A stretch of DNA of 64,000 bases from positions 2,914,001-2,978,000 of the forward strand of contig CM059445.1 of the NCBI GenBank assembly GCA_030390025.1, given 5' to 3'. Each line of letters begins with the position of its first letter. Within the stretch, counting starts at the first letter, position 1. The notes under the pieces were generated by a model. That model was not told the DNA's origin and searched no databases. It saw only the letters and a list, made by a program, of their open reading frames with translations. A program made the position numbers and the translations under genes. The DNA comes from Squalus acanthias. Lineage: Eukaryota. Shown piece by piece: positions 37,651 through 49,733 of the stretch.

Positions 37651-40604
37651 AAAAAATAATTATTCACTACACACCAGTTCGATGAAACTTTGTTTCTGCT
37701 TGGATCCACCCTGTACAGCCTCATTATTGGCCCTCTGCTGCAGTTGCAGGGCAAAATACTGCATCACACTGCATGTTTAGGGGTAACTTAGGAGAAACAT
37801 TTATACGAGGCTACAATTCCCCATACAGTTGCCAATCCTGGACAGCAGGAGGGCTCGAGCAGAGTTCAGGCTCTTCCCAACAGGAAGAGAGAGGACATAG
37901 AATGGCGAGTAGATCCAGGGCATCTCCTGAAAGCACCGCTAGCTGGGGCTCAACTTTCAGTTTGTGGGGTGGCTAAAAAAAAATGTAAATGGAGGTGCAG
38001 TGGATACAATTTTTTTTTAAAATACATTTATACACCAACCTTAAAATGGTGGCCAGTACACAGTGACGTCCCCCAGGAGCCCACTGAATGCAACAAAATG
38101 TTCAGGTTTGACCAGATTTTCACAACCCTCTCAAGTCAGTCACACGTGGATTATGAGGTCAGGTCAGTCGGTGATTATATTTTGTATTAAAATCAGTACC
38201 TGGGGAATATCCTTTATATATTTACTGTAAAGCTCAGATGCAAGAATTATTTGACGCACAATAAATCATCATTTCACTAGTTAAGTTGGCTCAGAAAACA
38301 TTAAGTTCATAAATCAAAATAATTTCCTGTCTTGCTCCTTTTAAACAAAAGTCAGCGATGCTAAAGATGTCTTTGTACATAGCCTACAGTCCTGCAATTA
38401 CATAATCCAATATAAAACAGACTCTATGACCACAACAAAGATCAGCACAGGCCTGTGGTTTGGAGCTGACTTATCATTTCATTACTCTATAACCTATACT
38501 GCATCTGCCCACTGAAACACAGCTGACGATAGTAATCATGATTAAACAGATGATGTGGAGCCCAGCCAAATGAAGCATAGAGAGGCTTGGGGCACTGCTG
38601 CCAAACCATTCCTGGGGGACAATTCAAACGACCACCAGGATGGCGAGCAAAAAATGTATATTAGATGCTTCAAGCTCAGCCTGCCTGACTGAGGAGGCAT
38701 CATCGGTGATTCATTAATTGACATCCACTTTCATTTTTCATCTGGGATGGCCAGTTCTGCGGTTTTTTTTCTGCCCAGCCTGTCATTGTGCTTTACAAGG
38801 GGTCATTCTGATGTGCTGCTCACTGCTCTCATGCTGAGGCTGTGGTTAGGAAAGTGGTGTTAATTGGTCTGTGCAAATCGCAACTGATTTCATACACGAT
38901 TCACCCAATAAAAAGCAGTCATAAAATTCAAATGATAATTAAAAGCACACTGATATCAACTGTAAATCACAGCTCCAACTAGCAGCTTCTGTTCATTAGC
39001 TGACTCCTGTAATGTCTAATGTAGCACAATGACAACCAAAACCAGCATTTTAAAAGTACAGAAATGATTAAATGGTAGATTAATACTTACTGCAGTAATC
39101 TGCTCTCTAAAAAAGGGTTTCCTACTCAGTATATGCTGTCAAATTCATGGTGGAACGAAAATGTAGTATTTACAGCAGAAAGTGCCTACAGTGACGCACT
39201 CGATACGGAGGACAAATGAAGATATTTCTCATTTGTTTTTCAGTGCACAACAGATTTAAGATGCTGGGATCAGTATAATTTCCATCATTTTCACAGCTTT
39301 AAGTTTTTCTAAGTCCTGTAAAAAAGGGCGGGAGAAGAAACCGATATAAATCATCTCCCCTCTGGAAATCCAGTGTTTTTGACGGTGCTATGAATAATCT
39401 TTTTTTAATGCAACTTTGCATACACTACATCAGAAGGTGTCAGATTACACAACACCAACTATGCTTGATCAGGGAGAATTGATCTTCCTAATATATCATT
39501 TCCCCTCTAATAAACTACTGCACAGTTTATATAGTATCCCGACAACTGGATGCCAGCCACAAAACCATTTCTCACTATTTTTTCTATTGGTTATAACGGC
39601 TCATAAAATTGGCAAAGTAATTAATAAACCCCTCATGTCGTGATATGGAATACTAAATAAAATTGTTGTTATTCACAGGTCTCTACTTTGCATAATGTAT
39701 TCAAATATGGGGCTGGGATGACTTTCGTAGTTCACTCAACACACCTCAGTCAATGTTCTGAATACTGTGCTTTTTAATAACTGCTCACGGAGCTATTTGG
39801 ATTCTCTCTCTGGCTCCGATTCATTAGCAGTGAAAATATCAATATCTTTCAGAATTACCGGGTCAGGGTGAAGGGAGTGAAGTGGATTGTGTCCATTATA
39901 ATGATTAGCGTTAAGACCATGCACCAGCACTGATCGAATTTATTTACACCGGCAGATTTACATACCACTGTTCACGATAGGTCAGAGGATATGACGGTTT
40001 ATAAAAAGACAGGGGAATTATACCACATAATGCACAATATATTCAGCTGTGTAGAACTCGGTGTTCCTTTAAGGCCACATGGTGTAACTGCAGTGTCTTC
40101 CTCGGGTCAATGAGAGGCCAGCCTGGTTTTCTGTTTTATACTTTTATAAAAATTGTGGGTCAGAAATGAGTAAACTTGACCCCAGGTGCAACAGTCAGAG
40201 ACATTTGCTAAATGTAATGTGCTTTTTATATGCGGGACTTTTAACTTCAGCGAGGGCATAACAACTGAAACCAATGGAAAGGCCCATTGGATGGGGTGTG
40301 TAAAGGGTGGACGGTCCATTGAAAGTCCCGCCCTATGCAGCTAATCAATAATATTTTGCTTGTGGCACTCACTTCCTGTAACACTATCCCGAGTGTTTGT
40401 TGATCAGCTCAAAATGAAACAGCAATAAATCAGAACTGAAGAGGTAGAACACCATCAAGCGAGTAAAGTGGCTAGAAAACTGGCAATCAGGAACTACTAA
40501 GGACTTCTGAGAACAACAGATGCTGAATGACCAGTACGGAGAGCTTACCAATACAAGAGAGAAGGCAAAGCAATGGAATCAATCAGAACGTTTCTTGAAA
40601 AATA

Positions 40605-40708
40605 AATTGCAGTGGTTGAAGGAGAAGGCCCACCAGCACCTTCTCAAGCAACTAGGGATGGGCAATAAACACGGCCTGGCCAGTATTGGCCACACCCTGA
40701 GAACTAAT
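40605..40708 (+). mobile_element. Short LINE 3' tail (same family as 35795-36435)
   Basis: tgcagtggttgaaggagaaggcccaccagcaccttctcaagcaactagggatgggcaataaa. Confidence 0.75.
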
Positions 40709-41373
40709 TCAAACATTTGCCCAGAAGACTGAAGGCCGATCTCGCAATCCAGGCATGTGCAGCACGCATCATTTCCCTGGATGTATTGGTAGCATTTGGT
40801 CCTATTGTTTACTTTTACATTAAAAAAAAAATCACTTGACATAAAAATTGTTTATTCAGCTGTAGTGCATGAGGGAATTACTCGCTTTGAGTGGTCAATC
40901 CTGAAAGCCGTCTGGAATAAATATTTTTGTTGAGCTATAACTTTGACAACATAAACCATATTATTGGGTTTTTAATCCTCAAAAATACTCAGCTAAGAGA
41001 AGTCACGTTTTGAAGGTAATTTCTGGAAATGTTGATGATTGACAGTAAGACTGGCCATTCACAAGAGGATCCTGGCTGGAAACACCACCTTCCCACTCAC
41101 TTTCCAACAGATGCAAGAACTGCGGAGTGAATTTTTCTAGTTGAAAGTAAAAATAAATTTAAATCAAAGCAGCATGTGTTTATTTACTGTTCCAGAGACC
41201 CAGACACACAGAGGAACCTTTAGAATCATTTTATGTAGCTGTGGCATTGAGCAAAAGAAAACCAAATTCATTTTCCAATCACAAATCATTTAATTCAAGT
41301 TTCTGTGGAAGTCTCTTACGGACCAGTGATATCAGACCCTGGAATTCTCGTTCCCCCAAAGGTAGCAGTCCCC

Positions 41374-42510
41374 GGGGGGGGGAATTTTCCGGGGGGTCAG
41401 CGGGCGCGATCGGTGGTGGGTCGGTTGGGAAAGTGTTTTTTTTTTTGACAGCAGGTCAGGACCCTGCTGGACCCTGGTCAGATTTACGTCACTTGATGCT
41501 GTACACCCTGGCTGCCACATGATGCGCCAGGTTGACACCACCCCACACCAACACCATAAAGCATCCCTACAATGCCCAAGCCATTCCTTTCACACTCATT
41601 GCGGGGGGTTCCATTATGTCTCACCATTCACTGCAACTCACTAAGCCACTTCCAAAGGTGAACACAAATCTGCCCCAGAACGCAAAGTGTTGAAAATAAA
41701 GATTTCAATGTTTGACAGCACATTAACAGAAACTTCACATGAACATTGGCTAAAACACACAAGTGCCTACCCTTGTGTGTTGTTAGTTGGTATGATTGGA
41801 CTAGGGGGAGGGTGAGTGTGAGGGGTGGCTAGTGAGATGGGGAAGTGATAATGTAGATAGAGAGGGATGGGTGGAGGTGCAAGGCAAGTTGGCGTGAGTA
41901 AGGATGTGCAGGAGTAGGGTATGGAGGGCAGAGTGATGGGGATGTGATGAGAGGCACAGCAGGATGAGGATGAGTGTGGTTTTGCAGTAATGTTTTGTGA
42001 TCTACTGAGATCATTGAAAGGTTTGCGCCACTGCAGCCTGGTCCTCCTGATGACATCCCTGCTTGTGCCCTCCTCTGCAATGTGCAACCAGGCTGCGTTG
42101 ATCTCCTGGGGCTGCCTCTTCCGCCCATGGGAAGGGAAGAGGACCTCCCTGTGTGTTGTGACTCCCTCCATAAGCATATGGAGAGTCATAGGAGAGCCTG
42201 GGTGCAGCCGTGCACCTCTGTGCAGTGCTTGTCAGTGTTTGTTGCACCTCAATGTGTAGAACACTGACAGCACAAATGTCAAAGTAAATTTGCGCATGGT
42301 CCCTTTAAGGAAACTGGCTGATGACGCGCCATCAAATTACGTCATGAGACCTGCTTCCTTCAATTGGACCTGGAAACGCGCTGGGCGGGCTTAACAAGCC
42401 CCATCAGGGTAAAGCCATGTCGGAGGCTGGGATGGAGCCAGCAGCGAGGCCGCGATCCACCACCGACCTCCCCTGCCATGGACCTGCCGAAGTAGGGAAA
42501 ATCGCAGCCC
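41374..42510 (-). mobile_element. Internally deleted PIF/Harbinger element with a Myb/SANT-like ORF remnant
   Basis: Termini gggggaattttcc and ggaaaatcgcagccc with matching subterminal tcggtggtgg; 41990-42200 encodes LMEGVTTHREVLFPSHGRKR..AAWLHIAEE..RRTRLQWRKPFNDL, a Myb/SANT-like trihelix pattern. Confidence 0.75.
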
Positions 42511-42971
42511 AGGAATCCACCAATGAGCTGAACCCCGCATCACAGCCCCTCGTTTTGGCTAGTCCAGGTTCTCCCTCCCCATGCTGCTAATCCCCAGGAC
42601 CCTACCAAAGCCAGGATCATCCCCCTCAGAGCCACCAAAGGCCAGGAACACCCTTCAGTGCTGCTAACCCCACAACCTCGGCCACCCCCAAATACCTACC
42701 TTAACCTAGCACATTTTGCTTACCATCTTGCTGTGTAACCCTAGCCTTAAAAAAAGTTAAGATAAAAATTAAATACACAGGTAAAGGACTATAATAACAA
42801 TCAAGGCCACTCATTTTCAATGTTCACACTTGGTCACTTGTGCATTATTTAGTCAGGTATCCTTACTGAAAGGTGCACAGTCAGTAGCCAACATGTACTC
42901 TTCTAGTCTTTTCATTGAGGATAACCATTGTAACTTATTTGTCAATTCGTCACTCATAACTTATTTTGTTG

Positions 42972-43419
42972 TCATAGAATCATAGAATGATACAGCACAG
43001 AAGGAGGCCATTCGGCCTATCGTGCCTGTGCTGGCTCTTTGAAAGAGCTCTCCAATTAGTCCCACTCCCCTTGCTCTTTCTCCATAGCACTGTAAATTTT
43101 TCCTTTTCAAGTATTTATCCAATTCCCTTTTAAAAGTTACTATTGAATCTGCTTCCACCGCCCTTTCAGGCAGCGCATTCCAGATCATAACTCGCTGTGT
43201 AAAATAATTTCTCCTCATATCCCCACTGTCTTTTTGCAAATTATCTTAAATCCGAGTCCTCTGGTTACCAAACCTTCTGTCACTGGAAACAGTTTCTCCC
43301 TATCTACTCTATCAAAACCCCTCAATTTGAACACTGCGATCAAATCTCCCCTGAACCTTCTCTGCTCTAAGGACAATCCCAGCTTCTCTAGTCTCTCCAT
43401 ATAACTGAAGTCCCTCATC
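42972..43419 (-). mobile_element. CR1 LINE 3' end
   Basis: MRDFSYMERLEKLGLSLEQRRFRGDLI and RRNYFTQRV.IWNALPERAVEA; ttctatgattctatga tail. Confidence 0.9.
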
Positions 43420-44544
43420 TTTCACCTTAGATTATGTTAAATGGTACTTCAGGATCCTGCAGTAACCATTATATTCAGAACTTTTTCTACAAATTACACT
43501 CTTTAAATTGTACTGAAAAAAATGTTAGGTACATGAAATAAATTAAATCCCAAATTGACAGTATTGTAGGTACAGGTCAGCAGAAATAAAATTGCCTGTA
43601 AAACTAGAAATAACAGAAATCTGCAAAATCTCTCGATGCTCCATCTTAGTTTATGTAAACTACATTTGGCACTGACTGAATTGTCGCTCTTATTTTCCTG
43701 CACGTCTTATTTCGATGGTTGTTTTTAATTTTACAAATGGTGTTAAAGCCAGAGTAGGGGATTCAAAAGTTGTTTTACTGGTTATATGAACATTATATTT
43801 TACATTAAGTGATAAAGTAGCATGCATTTTCTTTAAATAAATATACTATGTGGGTCAATCTCACAAGAGACTGCTCACTAAAATACTTTTAATTAGAGGT
43901 AGCAGCTTATCTGGATATACATTTCTCTCTTTGCTGAATCACACAAATAACTGTTGAGATAAAAGTAACAATTTGAGTGTTTTTTAAAATATATCTATAA
44001 TATTAAAAGTATTACATATAGCACACTGGGATTATAGAAAGTTCACATCATGCTATTACCATCACAGCTAGGTGTCATGCCTGAGTATTAAATTTAAAAT
44101 GGCGAAATTTAAATATTCCACATACTCACTGAGCTTATTTTTCAGTCCCTCACAATCCCAAGATTTGCATCTCCAAGGTAAGGGGCGCTATGCCTCACAT
44201 CACCTCCTCCTCAAGATTCATTCTCTTCCCCTGACGCAATTGCCTCCCACTGACAGCTGCACCTACCACTCAGGAATGCAGCACAAGACCCACCACCGAG
44301 CATGCAGTGTCCATGCCTGATCCACAACAACTCTGCCTCCGACCAATCCTTTACCCCTCCACTCCGCCTGCAGCCAAAGGTGTGCCTTCCAGGCTGCCAG
44401 CACAGGAACAAAAATGTGGTCACCACACTAGATCCCTAACCTCAGCCTCCAGACACTATCTGCGGCACAAAATGCACTCTGTCCTGTTCCTTGCCCAGCT
44501 TGCAGCCGCCACCTTCTGCCCAATAATAACTCACACCCAAGCCT

Positions 44545-44820
44545 AAATGTAAAAAACAGAGAACACTAATAAAAAACAGAACGCTAGAGAGACACAAAAG
44601 GCAAAAGAACAAGGAAAGGAGAGGGCAGAAGGGAGAGAGAGAGAGAGAGAGAGAGAGGATACAGAAAAAACTAGGAAAAAGGCAGAGAGCCAAAAGACAA
44701 TGGAGAAAAGCACAATCAAACAGATAGAGAGAAGCTAAACAGGGCATAGAGAGACAAAAAGAAAAAGAAGCCAGAGTAAAGAGAGAGAGAAGGAGGAAGA
44801 GACAGGGATAGAAAAAGTAC
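44545..44820 (+). repeat. A/G-rich low-complexity tract including (GA)n at about 44633-44655
   Basis: Directly visible purine-rich sequence. Confidence 0.75.
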
Positions 44821-44825
44821 CAGAG

Positions 44826-44970
44826 GTTCACAGCATAGAAGGAGGCAATTCAGCCCAAGACGACTGAGCCAACTCTTTGCTCAAGCAATCCAAAACTAAT
44901 CCCTCCGCCCCGCTCGCTCCCCACAGCCCTGTATCTTCCTCTGCTTCAAATGTTTATCCACATTTCCTGA
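44826..44970 (-). mobile_element. CR1 LINE 3' UTR fragment
   Basis: acagcatagaaggaggcaattcagccc...gcaatccaaaactaatccc as in the other CR1 tails. Confidence 0.65.
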
Positions 44971-45028
44971 AATTTGAAGTTGCTGCCTACGATTTTGCTC
45001 CCGATTGTGACCTTCAAAAAAATACATA

Positions 45029-45716
45029 GGGGGAAAAAATTCGGTTGCTTTGCGCCTCCCGTTAGCGCCCTAAGAGGGCACTAACGGGGCGCAAAGCAAC
45101 TAGCGCCCAGGCGCGGCACCGCCAACGCCTCCCGCGAAATTCAGCGGGAGGTTAACGGCGGCGGTGACCGCTAGTGCCCCACGGCGCTGGTGATGACGTC
45201 AGCGTCGTGCACAGCGCCCCGCTCGTGCCCCGGCCGGGATCTTCGGTAGCGCCCCCTGACTTACCGCTGGACGCTATGTCTGACAGGGTCAGGGGAGCCT
45301 ACCTGCGGCCAGGGTGGCACTAATTAAAGGCAAGGTGCCAGGCGGCCATTTTTGTTGCTGGCCGCCTGCCAGCTCCTGCCCCCGTTGTTATCCCCTGCCT
45401 CCTCTGCAGCTCCCCCGTGGAGTGCCGGCTGTGCTCCGTAAGCCCGGCACTTCTCGAGTGCCGGGCTCTTTTGCCGGCACTCCGATCCCTGGTGGCCCAG
45501 CTGGGCCCCGGGTCGCGCTGCGCAAGGCCCCTCCCCTTTAAGAAGGGGAGGAAGGCCTGCAGTACCGCGGCACGTAACGCCGCGATATTCCCTCGCAGCG
45601 CCCCGCTTCCCTTTTGGGGCGCTACCGATGAATTTCGGCTGTGGGGGCGCTAATTTTTGAGGCGCTAAAAGTAGTGAAGCTAGTGCCCCAAAGGGGGCGC
45701 GACTCAATTTTTCCCC
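45029..45716. mobile_element. Complete GC/CpG-rich Harbinger-type MITE
   Basis: TIRs gggggaaaaaatt / aatttttcccc; 3-bp TSD ATA (45026-45028 and 45717-45719); repeated tagcgccc motifs in inverted orientation at both ends. Confidence 0.8.
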
Positions 45717-46335
45717 ATAAAATCCAACACAAACGTATAATCAAGCTTTACCATTTCCACAAAAATGTAAATAAAATCGTATCATTTGAACATGGCCATA
45801 CCATAAACACTCCCAGAACACTTTATAATAAAATTTGTAATTAATTAAATTATTCGATCACCCTAAAACAATGACCCCAATAATATGCTGTAAAGCATGA
45901 AACCACGTCATTTCACACTTCATGAGTAATGCTACCGGAGATCTGCCAGTACATGAACGGGTATACGTACAGGCCCAAGTGTATACGGCAGGTTCATACC
46001 TATGACACCCTTACAACTTACTCCTAATCGGTGCAATGTGGTCATGGGAGGCATGGAGAATTTGGGGTCAAACATGTATTTCAAATGAAAATATACCAGG
46101 CACATGCCATTTTTCTTGCTTTATTTCCCCCCCTCCCTTCAAACATACCCCAGGGCAGGTAGTTTACTTTAATTTGCCATACAGATTATTTACATTGCCA
46201 CTGGGCTTGTAAGCAATAGGAAGTTTAAAAGCTGCTTTAACTTTTTGTTGAATTTGTACCTAACCCTATGTGTTGCCATGAAACTATAAAATGCTTCAAA
46301 CTTTGATAGAAGTCAGATGTTACTAAAACCAGGTA

Positions 46336-46803
46336 GAAAGAAAGACTTGCATTTATATAGCACCTTTCATGACCACTGGACGTCTCAAAGCGCTTTACAG
46401 CCAATGAAGTACTTTTGAAGTGTAGTCACTGTTGTAATGTGGGAAATGCAGCAGTCAATTTGCGCACAGCAAGCTCCCACAAACAGCAATGTGAAAATAC
46501 CCAGATAATCTGTTTTTGTTATGTTGCTTGAGGGAGAAATATTGGCCAGGACACTGGGGATAACTCCCCTGCTCTACTTCGAAATAGTGCCATGGGATCT
46601 TTTACATCCACCTGGGAGAGCAGATGGGGCCTCGGTTTAACATCTCATCCGAAAGATGGCACCTCCAACATTGCAGCGCTCCCTCAGCACTGCACTGGGA
46701 GTGTCAGCCTGGATTATGTGCTCAAGTCTCTGGAGTGGGACTTGAACCTACAACCTTCTGACTCACAGGCGAGTGTGCTACCCACTGAGCCACAGCTGAC
46801 ACT
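46336..46803 (-). mobile_element. Full-length Deu-SINE (SacSINE1-like)
   Basis: Complete from gtgtcagctgtggctcagtgggtagcac (head) to tatataaatgcaagtctttcttt (tail) on the minus strand. Confidence 0.9.
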
Positions 46804-46879
46804 AGTAGTTTTTTTTAATACCTTTATATAGAGGTTCAGCCAGCGCACCTTTCAGACCAATATCATGGAAATGCTTCTA

Positions 46880-47840
46880 CTTTTACTGTACATTAATGAC
46901 CTGGATGTGAAGTTACAGGGGCATCATTTCACAGTTTGCAGTTGACACGAAACTTGAAAATGTAGTAAACAGTGAGGAGGATAGTAACAGACTTCAGGAG
47001 GACATGGTGATATGGGCAGACACGTGGCAGATGCAATTTCACGTGGAGAGGTGTGAAGTGATGCATTTTGGTAGGGCGAACGGGGAGAGGCAATATAAAC
47101 TAAATAGTACAATTTTAAAGGGGGTGCAGGAACAGAGAGACCTGGGGGTGTACGTACACAAATCTTTGAAGGTGGCAGGATAATTTGAGAAGGCTGTTAA
47201 AAAAACATACGAGATCCTGGGCGTTATAAACTGAGGCATAGAGTACAAAAGCAAGGAAGTTATGCTAAACCGTTATAAAGCACTGGTTAGGCCCCAGTTG
47301 GAGTATTGTGTCCAATTCTGGGCACCACACTTTAGGAAAGATGTCAAAGCCTGGGAGAGGGCGCAGAGGAGATTTACTAGAATGGTACCAGGGATGCAGG
47401 ACTTCAGTTATGTGGAGAGACTGGAGAAGTTGGGGTTGTTCTCCTTAGAGCAGAGAAGGTTAAGGGGAGATTTAATAAAGGTTTTCAAAATCTTGAAGGT
47501 TTTTGATAGAGTAAATAAGGAGAAACTGTTTCCAGTGGCAGATAGATTGATAACCAGAGGACACAGATTTAAAGTAATCGGAAAAAGAATCAGAGGCGAG
47601 ATGAGGTGAAATGTTTTTTACGCAGCGAGTTATGATCTGGAATGCACTGCCTGAAAGGGCGGTGGAAGAAAAGTCAATAATAACTTTCAAAAGGGAATTC
47701 GATAAATACTTGAGGGGGGAAATGTGCAGGACTATGGGGAAAGAGCAGGGGAGTGGGATTAATTGGATAGCTCTTTCAAAGAGCCTGCACAGGCACGATG
47801 GGCCGAATGGTCTCCTGCGCTGAATCATACTATGATTCTA
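46880..47840 (+). mobile_element. CR1 LINE 3' 1 kb
   Basis: YINDLD..FAVDTKL, YKALVRPQLEYCVQFWAPHFRKD...RLRGDLI...TRGHRFK; catactatgattcta tail. Confidence 0.92.
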
Positions 47841-48309
47841 ACCAAGCAGCCAATAGCTGGGATTGAATTTTTCCCCGTCATCATTTTATTTGGGGACCAC
47901 TGAATTCTCAATTTTAAAAGAGCTGCATCTTGCAACCACAAATATTTAAAGACACATGTGGCTAAAAGGCTGCACAGTGAGATTGCAATTTCATGATGGA
48001 GGCGTTTGAAATTGAAGGACATCCTGGAGGAGGAAATTGAAAGGACAGTCAATTCGTGTTGCTCTTGCACACCTCCAGGTGGCTAGTTACAGAATGACCT
48101 TGGTAAAAAAAATTAGCAGTAGGTCACTTGTCCCCTGGTGAATGAATACTGCATGGAGGGAACCAGAACTGGGAAGGGAAGAAAAATAGCTGTATAATGA
48201 AGGCATTAGAATGAAAGCCTAAGCTGCTCCAAGTATTGGCTGCCTTCTCCCTCTCCCACAAAAACCTGCTGAATTTACTGTCTGGCTTCCACTACAAGCA
48301 GTGCAGTAA

Positions 48310-48520
48310 AATGACCTAAGTGGTGCAATGAGTTAGTGCATTATTCTTGCCCACATGCAGCCCAGCGTAATGAAAGCCTCCTCTCTCTGATGTCTGTAAG
48401 GGTCTCAGCGAAATAGGTTTCAGACAGTCTCGACCCAGTTGCTAGTTGACCATGGTTTGGCATAAATTGGGACTCATTCCAAAACCCCCACAAAATATGG
48501 GAAATGGATATGCAACTGTT
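48310..48520 (+). mobile_element. Possible LF-SINE-like ancient SINE fragment
   Basis: cagcccag...gaaag...ctgatgtctgt...gaaataggttt...gtctcgacccagttgctagttgac follows the order of LF-SINE core motifs as remembered; diverged. Confidence 0.45.
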
Positions 48521-48646
48521 GCAGCAGGGTGCCCTTTTCTGGGGTTGGGGTTAAGTCACATTATTGGGGCAGTGTAAAGGGCTTTATAATACATCTCGCT
48601 GTGTTACACACGACCTGGGTGTAGTTGATGTTGATGCTGACACTGG

Positions 48647-49449
48647 GGGCGCGATCTTGCCAGCCCTGGGGAGGCGGGTATGGAGGCTGGACTGCCGGGA
48701 ATATGGTAGAATTTGGGGGCGGGTGCCCAACCCGCCCCCGTGCCATCTTGCCAGGAGGCGGGTAGCCGTCCCGCGCCGGGTCCCGTCTCCTTGGAGGCGG
48801 GAAGGGGATTACAGTCACTTAACTGCCTGTTAACAGGTAGTTAACAGGCAGATAAGAGAATTATCCCCATTTTGCCCACACAAGTGCGGGCTTCCCGAAG
48901 GCTCCGAAACCCGCCAGGGTCAGAGGCGTGTACTGGGTCTGCGGGGTCCAAAAGTGTGCTGTGGAGGTGAGTGATGGGTGCAAGTGTGGAGAGGTGAGTA
49001 TCTGAGGTAAGTGCAAAGTGTTAGAAAAAGTGTACTTACCTTTGTTTCTTCCTGCAGGCTTCAGTCAGTGGGTATGCGGAGAGTCTCGCATCTCCGCAGT
49101 AGAGATGCTCCAATGCAACAACCATCTCATTTCTACAAAAGAAAGAGGTTTGATGAGGTCTTGAATTCAAGAACTCATCAAACTACAGAGAATGTCACTG
49201 TTTGACAGCGTCACAGAGATGGCAAACGATGACAATTTATCTGAAAAAATGTGACAGATGAAACGTCATACATTGACGTTCTCTGTAACCGGCTTCCCCT
49301 TAATTGGCCTGCTGAGCCCGCTGGGCGGGCTTAACAAGGTCAATCAAGGGAAAATAGCGTGGGTTGGCCAGAAGTTGATGGAGGCGGGACTGAAACCCAA
49401 CAAGTGGGAGTCCCGCCTCCAAAAGCTCCCCATTGGCAAAATCCAGCCC
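48647..49449. mobile_element. Complete Harbinger-type non-autonomous element
   Basis: TIRs GGGCGCGATCTTGCCA / TGGCAAAATCCAGCCC; 3-bp TSD TGG (48644-48646 and 49450-49452); subterminal cgctgggcgggcttaacaag shared with the 41374-42510 element. Confidence 0.8.
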
Positions 49450-49483
49450 TGGGTGTCCAAAGTGTTCCATTTCTCAGTTTCAG

Positions 49484-49733
49484 TATCCCAAATCCATTCA
49501 GGAGAGAAGCTAGGAAACACTTCTTCACACAAAGGTTGGTAGAAGGGTGGAAAATTCTCTCACAAAAAACAGTAGATGCGCACTCAATGAATAATTTAAA
49601 ATCTGGGATCAATAGAGTTTTGCTAGCCAAGAATATTAAGGGATATGGAGCCAAGGCGGGTAAACGGAGATCACAATCTCATTGAATGGCGGAACTGGCT
49701 CGAGGGGCTGAATGGCCTACCCCTATGTTCCTA
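49484..49733 (+). mobile_element. CR1 LINE 3' end
   Basis: PFRREARKHFFTQRLVEGWKILSQKTVDA..IKGYG; gctcgaggggctgaatggcctac..tgttcct tail. Confidence 0.85.

Noticed and set aside
41767-42189. Functional MSANTD-type host gene
   Set aside because: Truncated, lies between TIRs, and continues into low-complexity sequence
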